Positions 47,377 through 58,777 of a stretch of 64,000 bases of DNA are shown piece by piece. Position 1 is the stretch's first letter, and each line of letters opens with the position of its first letter. Position numbers and translations under genes: made by a program. Source of the stretch: Marsupella aquatica (Eukaryota; Plantae; Marchantiophyta); the NCBI GenBank assembly GCA_973895155.1, contig OZ316899.1, positions 2,935,455-2,999,454 on the forward strand, read 5' to 3'. The notes beneath the pieces are model-generated. The model was not told where the DNA came from. It saw nothing but the letters and a program-made list of their open reading frames with translations, and did no database searches.

Positions 47377-49415
47377 CACGGAATGTTGGGGCAAGTTCTC
47401 CCCGACTATACTCCTTGTCGTTAGCGACCCCTCCCATACGAAGCCGCACTTGCCCTCGTCAGCACAACCGTCGCTCAACGGTCTTTGCTATCTGCACAAG
47501 CAACCAACCAACCGGTAAGAACTTGTCTTGATCTCGGAACTCCCAAGACCATTGTCTTGCCTCAAGCTCAACAGTCGTTAGTAAGTAGGTCAGCGGATAG
47601 AGCCTCCCAGGCCCGCATAGCCTTGCCATAAGCTGAAACTAAGGTCGACATCACTGTTCGTCCAGAACAGTCTATCTACCGGATGTCGCCCAAGCTTCCC
47701 CACTTTCTACCCGTCAATGGCTGACCGCCCTGCCTCTAGGACATGCCCATGGCCCAAACTCAGTTTGTCACAAACTAGTAGTAACACGCCGGGACCATTC
47801 AGTTTCTCGATCTTAGCCACCTCTCTGCGAAACCGGGTTCCACTCAACCTCTCACCATGCATCGGGACCAGATCTCAATGGCAGCCCCCAGAGTCTACTT
47901 GGTTCTACCTCTCCAACATCAGGTCCCCGTGGGAACCAAATGCGGTTTGGTCACTGTTCGACTTCGGATCGGCAAGAGGGACTCCCCCCATTGCAAGCCT
48001 CAAAACCAAAATCATCCAATGCACAATCAGAGAGCACCATGAGGTAGCTTTCTTCATTAGCTTTCCAACGAGCCCAAGAACTCCCCCAACGGAGATCCGG
48101 TCGTCGAGTTATGTTTGTTTCCGCTTCAAAACTCGAAACGACGTATCTTCGTCGATCGCGATCAGCTCGAGCTCAAACTTGAGAGGACCACTCCCCTCAT
48201 ATATGCTTCTGGGGACCTGCCACCCCCGGACCAGCTTTGGTCCCCTATCTTTGGCCCCCTACCCGAGGGTCCGTGGGCCCCGCCACTTAGCTCGAAACGA
48301 AGATAATCGAAAATCTTCCGTAACTTGGCCTCGAGCGCAAATTGTGGCATAAGGGGCTAAAAGTTACGGCCCTAACCCCGCTCTGGTCCAGGCAACCCCC
48401 CCTGGTCCAGGCAACCCCTTCTTGGTCCATCGATGCGCGGCGACTCTAATCGAGTCTAAATCGGCCATAATTTTTGGCCCCTAGGTCCGTTGGCCAAAAA
48501 ATATACGGCCCCATGATCGGGCTCATGTGGGGCTTCTCAGGCCCCTATGGTGATCCGTTGGAAAAATAGTTCATTTTTCCGTGATCGGCAACGGGCCCAA
48601 ACTACAAGTATGCGGCTTGAGTCGGCCATAACTTTTGGCCCCAGGGTCCGTTGGCCGAGAAATATGCGGCCCCATGATTGGGCTCATGTAGGGCTTCTCG
48701 GGCCCCTATGGTGATCCGTTGGAAAAATAGTTCATTTTTCCACGATCGGCAACGGGCCCAAACTACAAGTATGCGGCTTGAGTCGGCCATAACTTTTGGC
48801 CCCTGGGTCCGTTGGCCAAGAAATATGCGGCCCCATGATTGGGCTCATGTAGGGCTTCTCGGGCCTCTATGGTGATCCGTTGGAAAAATAGTTCATTTTT
48901 CCATGATCGGCAACGGGCCCAAACTACAAGCATGCGGCTTGAGTCGGTCATAACTTTTGGCCCCTGGGTCCGTTGGCCGAGAAATATGCGGCCCCATGAT
49001 CGGGCTCATGTGGGGCTTCTCGGGCCCCTATGGCGATCCGTTGGAAAAATAGTTCATTTTTCCATGATCGGCAACGGGCCCAAACTACAAGCATGCAGCT
49101 TGAGTCGGCCATAACTTTTGGCCCCTGGGTCCGTTGGCCGAGAAATATGCGGCCCCATGATCGGGCTCATGTGGGGCTTCTCGGGCCCCTATGGTGATCC
49201 ATCAGAAAAATAGATCATATTTCCGTGATCGGCAATGGGCCCAATAAAGTTAATTGGAGCGCGCTTTTCTCAAGTCTTGTCCTTGCTCTTACTAGCCTCC
49301 TCTTTGTTAGTCGCATCCCTAATGGCCATGATGGTAGCAAATCTAAGAGGGGCTCAACGCTGGAGTTAGGCAACGCCGGAGCAAATACGAGTAGGTGAAA
49401 GTTGTATTCGCGACT
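47304..49415 (-). repeat. Chromovirus 3' LTR (2112 bp)
   Basis: Same length as 55007-57118; about 8 substitutions found by eye. Confidence 0.97.
48462..49244. repeat. 161-bp tandem array (~4.9 units) in the chromovirus LTR
   Basis: Unit starts CGG(C/T)CATAA at 48462, 48623, 48784, 48945 and 49106, spaced exactly 161 bp. Confidence 0.96.
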
Positions 49416-49419
49416 TGCA

Positions 49420-49431
49420 CCCCCCCTTTTT
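49420..49431 (-). other. Chromovirus polypurine tract
   Basis: AAAAAAGGGGGG on the minus strand, 4 nt (TGCA) before the 3' LTR. Confidence 0.85.
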
Positions 49432-49846
49432 GAATGGTTGACGTCCGCGTCAACCAAATGGGTACCATACCACACGCCTAGACCAATTGGCGTCTAGAAG
49501 GTGATGGAAGGTAACAAGTGGTCCGTCCTATAAGGTAGACACGGACCTAGTTGAAGTGCGCATCTCAAGTCTTAGAGAAATTCAACTTATCTAACAAACG
49601 AGTTAGATGTCAGTATGCTTGGGCAAGCCGACTCCTTGTCCAACAAACCCGTCAATCTTCCCCAGAGATAACTCCCACAGGTTGGATCGAACTTGCTTAC
49701 AATGTATGCAAGTACCAAATAGCTTAAACGTAAGGATAGCAAAGTGGTTGCCCAACAACCATTAATTCGTGCAGGGTTGAGAACACTCTCAAGAGGCTAA
49801 GTGTGGTGAAACCAGGATACAACTTGCTTAGGTAATTGCAATCGCC

Positions 49847-52800
49847 CTACTTCAATAAGGGGGGCAAGCCGCTCCGCTTACGATAGCTTGCAAGGATATT
49901 GGGACTGTGTTTTAGATTATCTTCGGGCTCCCATGTGCTTTCCGTTTGGTCGTATCCAGACCATTTAACCAAATATTCAAGCATTTGCTTTCCGAGTCGA
50001 CACTTGTATCGGTGATCAAGAATAGTCTCCACGACGTACTCCTCCACATCATCAACAAGCAAGGCATCGGGCCGGAGGACTTGTTGCCGATTTGGGTCCA
50101 AATCCTTTACAAATTTCTTGAGTCGGCTCACATGGTAACTTTTTCCCGTTCCTCTTGAACCGGGCATGTCCAAAACTACAGAGACTGGATTATCCTTGTG
50201 GGCCCATCGCAAGATGCGATAGGGTCCTGCGTACCGGGGTGCCAACTTCCGACTTATCTTATCGTTGTATTGTTCGGGTCTCAATTGCAACCAGACGCTC
50301 TCCCCAATTTTGAAGCTCACCTGGCGTCGATGCTTGTCCCCTTGCTCCTTGTATCGACTTTGGGCAAGGGTCATCCCCTTGGTGGCTGCTTCCACCACTA
50401 GACGCCGCTCTCGAATGAATTCGTCTGCTGCAGGAACCTTGCTTTCCGTTCGCCAAGTATTAGGATTTATGAACCAGGCCGGAGCTCTAGGTTTCCGGCC
50501 TGTGGCCAAAAAGAACGGTGAAAATCCTGTCACCGTATGCGTGGTCGAGTTATACCGAAACTCGGCCATAGTTAAGTGCGTTGACCAATCTTTTTGGTCA
50601 GCACTCACAAAATGGCGTAAATACTCCTCAAGGACCAAATTCAGGCGTTCAGTCTGCCCATCGGTTTCATGATGGTAAGCGGACCCTCTGGTAAGGTCTG
50701 TGCCTGATAACCGGAATAAAGTTTTCCAGAAATGACCCGTGAATTTGGAGTCACGATCAGACAAGATGTGCAAAGGCAATCCCCAAAGTCTGAAGACGTG
50801 ATTAAACACCATTGATGCTACTTCCCGTGCCGAAACTGTCTTGCGCGTAGGAAGGAAATATGCCATCTTAGAAAAACGATCGACGATTGTTAAGATGACA
50901 TCATAGCTATGGGATGATGGAAGACCTTGGATAAAATCCATGGAGATGGACTCCCAAGGTCCGGAAGCCACGGGTAAGGGTTGCAAGAGTCCTCCTTTTG
51001 CCTTGTAAACCGTTCGGTTTTTCTGGCATGAGTAACAACTTTGCACATGTTGGAGTACTGAATTTTTCATGTCTGGCCAATACACGTCGCGGGACATACT
51101 TGAATAAGTAGAACGTTGTCCCCCATGCCCACCCCAAGGCGAGTCATGGTACTTTCTCAGAACCTCTAATCTGAATGACTCAGGAATGTAGACGCGACTT
51201 TGTTTGTATCGCCATAAATTGACATTATATTTCTTGTCCAACACCCAAGACACGTGCCGTATCTTTCCTTGGACACCCCCCTTTTGTTGCCAGTCTTGCG
51301 CAAGTCGGTCGTCCGCATATTGGGCAGCCAAGAGCATGGGCCATTCGGTTTCTAGCATTAAAATGCCATTGGCACGATGATGCTCTTGCCTGGAAAGTGC
51401 ATCAGCAGCCTTATTAATAGTCCCTGGGACATGTTGTACTTCGAAGTCAAAGTCTGCAAGGAACATTTGCCAGCGCATTTCTTTGGGACTCAATCGAGGC
51501 TTAGAATTGAAGTACCCTGCTGGCGAGCTATCTGAATGGACCACAAACTTAGGGCCGTTACGTAGATAGAACTCCCACTTTTTGATTGCATGGATGACGG
51601 CATACAATTCACGTTCTGGGGTGATCCAATGATTCTCTAGCTTACAAGACTCAAAAGCTATTGGGCGCCCGTCTTGATGAAGGCAAGCGCCAATAGCAAA
51701 ATCAGAGGCATCGGTCCATATCTCAAATGGTTTTCCAACTTCCGGTAATTTGAGAACCGGAGGAGTCACCATGCGGCGCTTAAGTTCAAGAAATGCTATT
51801 TCGCAATCTTGGGTCCAAACAAACACTTTATTTTTCATTGTTAACATTGTTAACGGTCTAGAAAGGCGTGCAAAGCCTTGGATGTAACGTCGATAAAAAC
51901 CCACAAATCCCAAAAAGGACCTGACCTGTTTGGCACTTGCGGGTCTTTCCCAATCACGGATATCAACGAGTTTGTCATGGCTTGGTTTGATGCCATCCTC
52001 GGTAAAGGTGTGCCCTAAAAATTGGATTTCATTCATGGCAAACTCACATTTGCTGGGTTTAGCAAAGAGATGAGCTTTGCGCAAGCGCCGAAGCACTTCC
52101 TTTAGTAATTGCTCATGCTCCTCCACGGTTTTTGAATAAATCAAGATGTCGTCAATGAAGACAACCACTCCTTGATCCAACAAATCATGAAAAATTGTGT
52201 TCATCATTTTCATGAACGTGGCTGTGGCATTGCATAATCCAAATGGCATTACCAAATACTCGAAGGATCCAAACCTGGTACGCATGGCGGTTTTATATTC
52301 ATCGCCTTTTGCCATACGAATCTGATAATAACCGGATCGTAAGTCTACCTTAGAAAACTTCCTAGCACCTGAGAGCGAGTCAAATAAATCATCCATATGA
52401 GGTAGCGGATAGCGATTCTTCACCGTTTGTTTGTTGAGGGCTCGATAATCAGCACAAAGTCGTAAGGTCCCGTCTTTCTTGGCCACAAATAGCGCGGGTG
52501 CACCATAAGGACTCTTACTAGGCCTGATAAATCCTTGATTAATCAATTCCTCCAATGCTTCCTTGAGCATTCCACGTTCGTTCAAGTTCAAACGGTAAGG
52601 GGCCTTCGCTTGAGGAGCCGAACCCGGTTCCAGCTCAACTTGGTGATCAACTTCTCTCCGTGGAGGTAATCCCTGAGGTAACTTTTGCGACAAGACATCA
52701 CTGAATTCCTCCAAAATTTCAGGAATTCGTCCGCAATCGGGGCCAATCGTTGCTGTCTTAGACTTATTCATAGAGCTCTTAGTTGGATGGAGATGAAAAA

Positions 52801-54898
52801 AGAAACATTCATGTCCACCCTTGAAGTCCTTCCACCATTGCTTGGCCGAAATACAAGGGGTCAACCATGACACTGTACTTACTTGGAGAAACTTTTCTTT
52901 ATTCTCAGAAATTTCATGTACAATGATGGGATTACCTCCCGTACTCGGGAAAATCAGCAATTCCTTGCTAGGTTGAAGAGTAATATTATGCTTACGGAGG
53001 TAGCCTATAGACAATATAAAGTCTACCTCCAAGCCATCTAAAACAAAGAACCTTTCCTGGCTTACAAAATTCCTATCTTCGCCAACAACTTCTACTTTGA
53101 GATGTTTGACTACTTGTGAAACTAATCCTTGGGTGTCATTGGCAAACTTACACACCAAGGGATCTAACAACTCGTGCACTGTTGCTCCGCTGCGTTCGAC
53201 TGCCGCCTTGCTTATGAAGTTGGCAGTCGCACCTGAATCAATCAAAGCAACACCCCGACAATTGTTAGCTAACGTTTCAATTAGGATAAGTTTGGCAGGA
53301 TCGTCTACCTTTGCATCAATAATCTTCTCTAGCAACACTTCGTCTATATCAGTGATGGAATTACCGTCAGGAGCTCTAGCATCTAACAGAGGATTGGTTA
53401 GAGCGATACTCACCTTAATGCTTTTAGCCCCCGCATCCAAATTAGGTTTGGCGCCCTTGCGTGGACACTCCTTACTTAGATGACCAGGCTCGCCACATTC
53501 GAAGCAAAGCCCTTCCAACTTGCGCTTTTCCTTGATTGCTTCACATTTTGCTTTTTCAGATGATGATTGACCTGGCCTGGGCAAAAACTTCCGTCCACGT
53601 TTGGGGTGGACGGAAGGTCCATGAGAGTTTGCACCTGAACTCGGTCGCTCTGGTTGCTTACGCTTAGCCCCAAAAACTTTGAGTTTCTTACTCTCCGCCA
53701 GCTCGGATTGCTCTTTGCCACCAACCTTAGCCAAACCAGGACGATTGTTCACCAATGTCGTGGCTCGGTCAAAGGCATTAGTGAGTTGTTTAAACTCATG
53801 CTGCCTATCTTGCAATTTCTCGCGGAGCAACGGTGGAAGCTTGACAATGAAATTATGCAATTGCGTTGAAAGGGTTTCATCCCCTTCTGGAATACACGCC
53901 AATTGCATCTGATAGTAGGCGATATACTTCTGTATATCGCCTCTATAAGTCATTTCAGAGACACACTTCTTTGCATGTCGCTCCGGATACTTGGTGGTGA
54001 CATTGAGCCGGAGACCTTCAACCATGTCTTTCCAAACGAGCGGTTGACCACTAGCCTCGAGGGTCTTTGCCCAAGACTTGTACCAAGTTAAGGCATACTC
54101 TCGCAGATACGGGGCGGCAGCGGAGGCCCAAGTGGATGGGGCAGCACATGCTTGGAGATGGATCTCCATAGTAGTGAGCCATTGCCGAAACTTTTGTCCA
54201 CTTTGTTCATAGGCTCCATCATAAGTCGGGGGTGTGGGCAACTGATTGACTTGCACCATACCCCGTCTATTAGGCCAGTCACCCTCGTCGCTTTTGGCAA
54301 GTTCTTTGCCCAAGTTTAAAATGTAAATTAACTGGGCATTTTTGTCAACATCAAGCGCCAAATAAATTTGGCGCTGCTCGGCGGTTAGCTGGTCCAAGAA
54401 GGTCACGGGCCTACTTGCTAACATGGTTGTGCCTGATGAATGTCTCTCCTTTGGTCTCCTTTCTCGAGTCCCTGGTTCCTCCTCTAAAAAGGCTTCCTTG
54501 ATTGGTGGGGGCTCAGAATCACCCGCAATGTCCTCACCATCAAGCCCCAGATTGTCCATAATCAAATCATCATCCTGCTCATCATCTGAAAAGTCAAGCT
54601 CGTGAGCGGCAGGGCTAACTTCCTCTTTTTCAAAGTAGTCAGCCCGCGGATCGCCAAGGCTTGCGATGCTAGCGGGGGTCGTATCAATTGCCTTAATCTT
54701 ACGTCGCTGTCCAGAGATTTCCGACAAAGTAAGAGGGTCAGAATGAAGCCCCCCTACTGACGTCCCACTCATTGGAGTGAATGGAGGGGCCTGAGCCACT
54801 TCAACCATTGATTTTGGCTTGATACGTCGCTTTCGCCCTTCCCCCTTGGCCATCCCAAGATCGATTGCAAATGCTTTCAGTCGCACCACCAAGCCCAA
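49847..54898 (-). CDS. gag-pol: Chromovirus Gag-Pol polyprotein, 1683 aa, intact
   Basis: Knuckle CFECGEPGHLSKEC; PR LIDSGAT; RT LCADYRALN/FIDDILIYS; RH WTDASD; IN HDSPWGGH..CYSC, DDE, GPY; C-terminal chromodomain EYVVETIL...YLVKWSGYD..ESTWEPEDNL with aromatic-cage residues. Confidence 0.97.
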   Translation of the reverse strand: MGLVVRLKAFAIDLGMAKGEGRKRRIKPKSMVEVAQAPPFTPMSGTSVGGLHSDPLTLSEISGQRRKIKAIDTTPASIASLGDPRADYFEKEEVSPAAHELDFSDDEQDDDLIMDNLGLDGEDIAGDSEPPPIKEAFLEEEPGTRERRPKERHSSGTTMLASRPVTFLDQLTAEQRQIYLALDVDKNAQLIYILNLGKELAKSDEGDWPNRRGMVQVNQLPTPPTYDGAYEQSGQKFRQWLTTMEIHLQACAAPSTWASAAAPYLREYALTWYKSWAKTLEASGQPLVWKDMVEGLRLNVTTKYPERHAKKCVSEMTYRGDIQKYIAYYQMQLACIPEGDETLSTQLHNFIVKLPPLLREKLQDRQHEFKQLTNAFDRATTLVNNRPGLAKVGGKEQSELAESKKLKVFGAKRKQPERPSSGANSHGPSVHPKRGRKFLPRPGQSSSEKAKCEAIKEKRKLEGLCFECGEPGHLSKECPRKGAKPNLDAGAKSIKVSIALTNPLLDARAPDGNSITDIDEVLLEKIIDAKVDDPAKLILIETLANNCRGVALIDSGATANFISKAAVERSGATVHELLDPLVCKFANDTQGLVSQVVKHLKVEVVGEDRNFVSQERFFVLDGLEVDFILSIGYLRKHNITLQPSKELLIFPSTGGNPIIVHEISENKEKFLQVSTVSWLTPCISAKQWWKDFKGGHECFFFHLHPTKSSMNKSKTATIGPDCGRIPEILEEFSDVLSQKLPQGLPPRREVDHQVELEPGSAPQAKAPYRLNLNERGMLKEALEELINQGFIRPSKSPYGAPALFVAKKDGTLRLCADYRALNKQTVKNRYPLPHMDDLFDSLSGARKFSKVDLRSGYYQIRMAKGDEYKTAMRTRFGSFEYLVMPFGLCNATATFMKMMNTIFHDLLDQGVVVFIDDILIYSKTVEEHEQLLKEVLRRLRKAHLFAKPSKCEFAMNEIQFLGHTFTEDGIKPSHDKLVDIRDWERPASAKQVRSFLGFVGFYRRYIQGFARLSRPLTMLTMKNKVFVWTQDCEIAFLELKRRMVTPPVLKLPEVGKPFEIWTDASDFAIGACLHQDGRPIAFESCKLENHWITPERELYAVIHAIKKWEFYLRNGPKFVVHSDSSPAGYFNSKPRLSPKEMRWQMFLADFDFEVQHVPGTINKAADALSRQEHHRANGILMLETEWPMLLAAQYADDRLAQDWQQKGGVQGKIRHVSWVLDKKYNVNLWRYKQSRVYIPESFRLEVLRKYHDSPWGGHGGQRSTYSSMSRDVYWPDMKNSVLQHVQSCYSCQKNRTVYKAKGGLLQPLPVASGPWESISMDFIQGLPSSHSYDVILTIVDRFSKMAYFLPTRKTVSAREVASMVFNHVFRLWGLPLHILSDRDSKFTGHFWKTLFRLSGTDLTRGSAYHHETDGQTERLNLVLEEYLRHFVSADQKDWSTHLTMAEFRYNSTTHTVTGFSPFFLATGRKPRAPAWFINPNTWRTESKVPAADEFIRERRLVVEAATKGMTLAQSRYKEQGDKHRRQVSFKIGESVWLQLRPEQYNDKISRKLAPRYAGPYRILRWAHKDNPVSVVLDMPGSRGTGKSYHVSRLKKFVKDLDPNRQQVLRPDALLVDDVEEYVVETILDHRYKCRLGKQMLEYLVKWSGYDQTESTWEPEDNLKHSPNILASYRKRSGLPPLLK

Positions 54899-54992
54899 GC
54901 CGTTAAGATAAGGCCCCGCAAAAAAAAATGTTTATTTTCTTTTGGATTCTGACTTAACTTGACGTTTGGCCCCGGCGTCTATGAAAGCGTAT

Positions 54993-55004
54993 GCTCTGAT
55001 ACCA
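54993..55004 (-). other. Chromovirus primer-binding site, initiator tRNA-Met
   Basis: TGGTATCAGAGC on the minus strand, 2 nt (TG) after the 5' LTR. Confidence 0.95.
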
Positions 55005-55006
55005 CA

Positions 55007-57118
55007 AGTGGTGGCCTTCCCACCACGTGCCCGTCCAAACTCGTTTCTCAGCCTTGAAACAAGTCGAACCTTGCACTAACACGGAATGTTGTGGCAAGTT
55101 CTCCCCGACTATACTCCTTGTCGTTAGCGACCCCTCCCATACGAAGCCGCACTTGCCCTCGTCAGCACAACCGTCGCTCAACGGTCTTTGCTATCTGCAC
55201 AAGCAACCAACCAACCGGTAAGAACTTGTCTTGATCTCGGAACTCCCAAGACCATTGTCTTGCCTCAAGCTCAACAGTCGTTAGTAAGTAGGTCAGCGGA
55301 TAGAGCCTCCCAGGTCCGCATAGCCTTGCCATAAGCTGAAACTAAGGTCAACATCACTGTTCGTCCAGAACAGTCTATCTACCGGATGTCGCCCAAGATT
55401 CCCCACTTTCTACCCGTCAATGGCTGACCGCCCTGCCTCCAGGACATGCCCATGGCCCAAACTCAGTTTGTCACAAACTAGTAGTAACACGCCGGGACCA
55501 TTCAGTTTCTCGATCTTAGCCACCTCTCTGCGAAACCGGGTTCCACTCAACCTCTCACCATGCATCGGGACCAGATCTCAATGGCAGCCCCCAGAGTCTA
55601 CTTGGTTCTACCTCTCCAACATCAGGTCCCCGTGGGAACCAAATGCGGTTTGGTCACTGTTCGACTTCGGATCGGCAAGAGGGACTCCCCCCATTGCAAG
55701 CCTCAAAACCAAAATCATCCAATGCACAATCAGAGAGCACCATGAGGTAGCTTTCTTCATTAGCTTTCCAACGAGCCCAAGAACTCCCCCAACGGAGATC
55801 CGGTCGTCGAGTTATGTTTGTTTCCGCTTCAAAACTCGAAACGACGTATCTTCGTCGATCGCGATCAGCTCGAGCTCAAACTTGAGAGGACCACTCCCCT
55901 CATATATGCTTCTGGGGACCTGCCACCCCCGGACCAGCTTTGGTCCCCTATCTTTGGCCCCCTACCCGAGGGTCCGTGGGCCCCGCCACTTAGCTCGAAA
56001 CGAAGATAATCGAAAATCTTCCGTAACTTGGCCTCGAGCGCAAATTGTGGCATAAGGGGCTAAAAGTTACGGCCCTAACCCCGCTCTGGTCCAGGCAACC
56101 CCCCCTGGTCCAGGCAACCCCTTCTTGGTCCATCGATGCGCGGCGACTCTAATCGAGTCTAAATCGGCCATAATTTTTGGCCCCTAGGTCCGTTGGCCAA
56201 AAAATATGCGGCCCCATGATCGGGCTCATGTGGGGCTTCTCAGGCCCCTATGGTGATCCGTTGGAAAAATAATTCATTTTTCCGTGATCGGCAACGGGCC
56301 CAAACTACAAGTATGCGGCTTGAGTCGGCCATAACTTTTGGCCCCAGGGTCCGTTGGCCGAGAAATATGCGGCCCCATGATTGGGCTCATGTAGGGCTTC
56401 TCGGGCCCCTATGGTGATCCGTTGGAAAAATAGTTCATTTTTCCACGATCGGCAACGGGCCCAAACTACAAGTATGCGGCTTGAGTCGGCCATAACTTTT
56501 GGCCCCTGGGTCCGTTGGCCAAGAAATATGCGGCCCCATGATTGGGCTCATGAAGGGCTTCTCGGGCCTCTATGGTGATCCGTTGGAAAAATAGTTCATT
56601 TTTCCATGATCGGCAACGGGCCCAAACTACAAGCATGCGGCTTGAGTCGGTCATAACTTTTGGCCCCTGGGTCCGTTGGCCGAGAAATATGCGGCCCCAT
56701 GATCGGGCTCATGTGGGGCTTCTCGGGCCCCTATGGCGATCCGTTGGAAAAATAGTTCATTTTTCCATGATCGGCAACGGGCCCAAACTACAAGCATGCA
56801 GCTTGAGTCGGCCATAACTTTTGGCCCCTGGGTCCGTTGGCCGAGAAATATGCGGCCCCATGATCGGGCTCATGTGGGGCTTCTCGGGCCCCTATGGTGA
56901 TCCATCAGAAAAATAGATCATATTTCCGTGATCGGCAATGGGCCCAATAAAGTTAATTGGAGCGCGCTTTTCTCAAGTCTTGTCCTTGCTCTTACTAGCC
57001 TCCTCTTTGTTAGTCGCATCCCTAATGGCCATGATGGTAGCAAATCTAAGAGGGGCTCAACGCTGGAGTTAGGCAACGCCGGAGCAAATACGAGTAGGTG
57101 AAAGTTGTATTCGCGACT
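55007..57118 (-). repeat. Chromovirus 5' LTR (2112 bp)
   Basis: Copy of 47304-49415; adjacent to the PBS. Confidence 0.97.
56165..56947. repeat. 161-bp tandem array in the chromovirus 5' LTR
   Basis: Counterpart of 48462-49244 (offset 7703). Confidence 0.95.
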
Positions 57119-57123
57119 GATGG

Positions 57124-58063
57124 CCGTTCCCATTCGGGCGGCTCTGGCAAGCGTGCCAGGCATTAGCGGCGGAGTAGGAATAGATTAGGATTAGGATTGG
57201 CTTAGTCAGGCTCTTGGGACAGGCACCTGCCTTAGGTACAGCAGCGCTGCCCTGCTGTCCAGCCTGCGTAAATTAGGATCTTCTAATAAGACACAGCCGT
57301 TTTCTGGCCTGACTGTCAGCTTAGTTAGGACCTTAGTCAGCGAATCTTCGGCGAGAGGACACCCCGTTCCTCGGCTCTTAGTATTTAGTGCACCCCTCGG
57401 TAGAGGCAGGGGGGGTTTTTAGTTTCAGAGTCGGACATCCGCGGGACATGCGGGGAGTCCCGACCTCTGGGAATGACAGAGTACCAAGGGGAGGGGGTAG
57501 GACTAAGCTCGCCGGGCGAGTGTGGAGCCGGGCTCCGTTGTAGTGTGCACCCTCGGCCTTGAACCTGTGCATTCCAGGGCTGTCGTGTCAACTAAGTGTA
57601 CGCATATGTTCCCTTTGTAGTAAAATCCTTTCCCATCATTTTCCTTCGTGTAAATCGAGATTGTATGCATGTGTGCGCATATGTGTGTGGGTTTCTCGTA
57701 TATGGGTGGCAGCGCCAGGCCGAACGCACTACCCGAGACGTGCACAGGGTGCAGCCTGCGGGTAAGTGGTTGCGAGCACGGGTTGAGGACCTGTATCATC
57801 GAATCCGGATCGAAGGCGGACAGCACGAAGGCTTAGAAGCCCTTAAGCCGGGGTCGATCCTGCTATCGACTAAGGTACGTTCCGGCGGCGGAACACAAAC
57901 CATACCTAGGAGGTGTTCGTATTTAGCAGTATGCGCACTTAGCGCTAGTTTACGAGAATAAGGTGCATTACGTGCTTCCCTTCCTGCCCGAACCCTCAGA
58001 TTTACGAGGGATGTGCCCGTCTAAGCTGAAGTCTGAGTTAAGGCCGAAGCCTACGACGTGACA
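57124..58063 (+). repeat. A3 3' LTR, right part
   Basis: Near-identical to ~38195-39134; ends CGTGACA, followed by TSD CAGTG. Confidence 0.95.
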
Positions 58064-58068
58064 CAGTG

Positions 58069-58766
58069 GAACACACTTCCTCAATAACACCGTAGCCCAG
58101 CTTACAGAGCGTTACCTAGTCAAGCACCGCAGGACTACCCCGTATCATCCTAAAGCCAATGGGCTGACCCAGAGAGCCAATGGTATCATTGGGAAGATCC
58201 TCAACAAGATAGTAGCCGCGCATAAAATGGATTGGGATGACAAGTTGTACGCAGCGGTGTACTCATATAATCTAGCTTACAAGACTGCTACGAGTCATAG
58301 CCCGTACTTTCTCGTGTTCGGCCAACATGCGTTGGTACCCGTTGAGTTCAAAGTACACACTCCACAAGTAAGCATTCGGGATCGCCTACCCAAACCTGAA
58401 AGTTTGTTGGACCGAGCTTATCAGATGGAAGCCTTAGAAGAGGCCCAGCTACTGGCAGCTCGACATGCAGTGAATAAGCAGACAGCTTCCAAGAAGCAGC
58501 ACAACAAAGGACTACAGAAGATCGACGTCGTGACGGGCGATCTAGTCCTGTTGTACGATAGTAGGTACATGTAGTTTCCAGGGAAGCTTCATACCCGTTG
58601 GTTAGGGCCTTTCCTAGTCAATCAGATCTACCCTAACGGATTGTTGGAACTTGCGACGTACGCCGACAATTTACTCCCCACGCAAGTCATTTACGATCGT
58701 GTGAAGAAGTACCACCATCAAGACGATGACGCCGATCATGATGTTTGCGAGGACGCTTCAAATTAA
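58069..58766 (+). pseudogene. pol: A2 integrase C-terminal half
   Basis: Continues the integrase interrupted at 35129 (HFLNNTVAQL...DWDDKL...GPF); stop TAA at 58764-58766. Confidence 0.92.
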
Positions 58767-58777
58767 GCAGGGAGCTA

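Larger units (their letters stand above)
47304..57118 (-). mobile_element. Intact young chromovirus (Ty3/Gypsy) with AGT...ACT termini, TSD GATGG
   Basis: GATGG at 47299-47303 and 57119-57123; two 2112-bp LTRs; iMet PBS; PPT; one long ORF ending in a chromodomain. Confidence 0.97.
35130..58063 (+). mobile_element. Family A element copy A3, complete, with TSD CAGTG
   Basis: CAGTG at 35125-35129 and 58064-58068; host integrase is contiguous across the site (gtaagtga-cagtg-gaacacacttcc, cf. 44509-44530). Confidence 0.96.

Noticed and set aside
47717-48352. 211-aa ORF repeated at 55420-56055 as a gene
   Set aside because: Antisense to the element, no recognisable motif, and identical only because the LTRs are young.
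48462-49244. Regularly spaced repeats as a CRISPR array
   Set aside because: Units are contiguous 161-bp near-identical monomers with no unique spacers, no cas genes, and they sit inside a eukaryotic LTR.
47304-57118. 2.1-kb duplication (and the 4-kb duplications) as assembly artefacts
   Set aside because: Copies differ by substitutions and are framed by TSD, PBS and PPT as LTR pairs.
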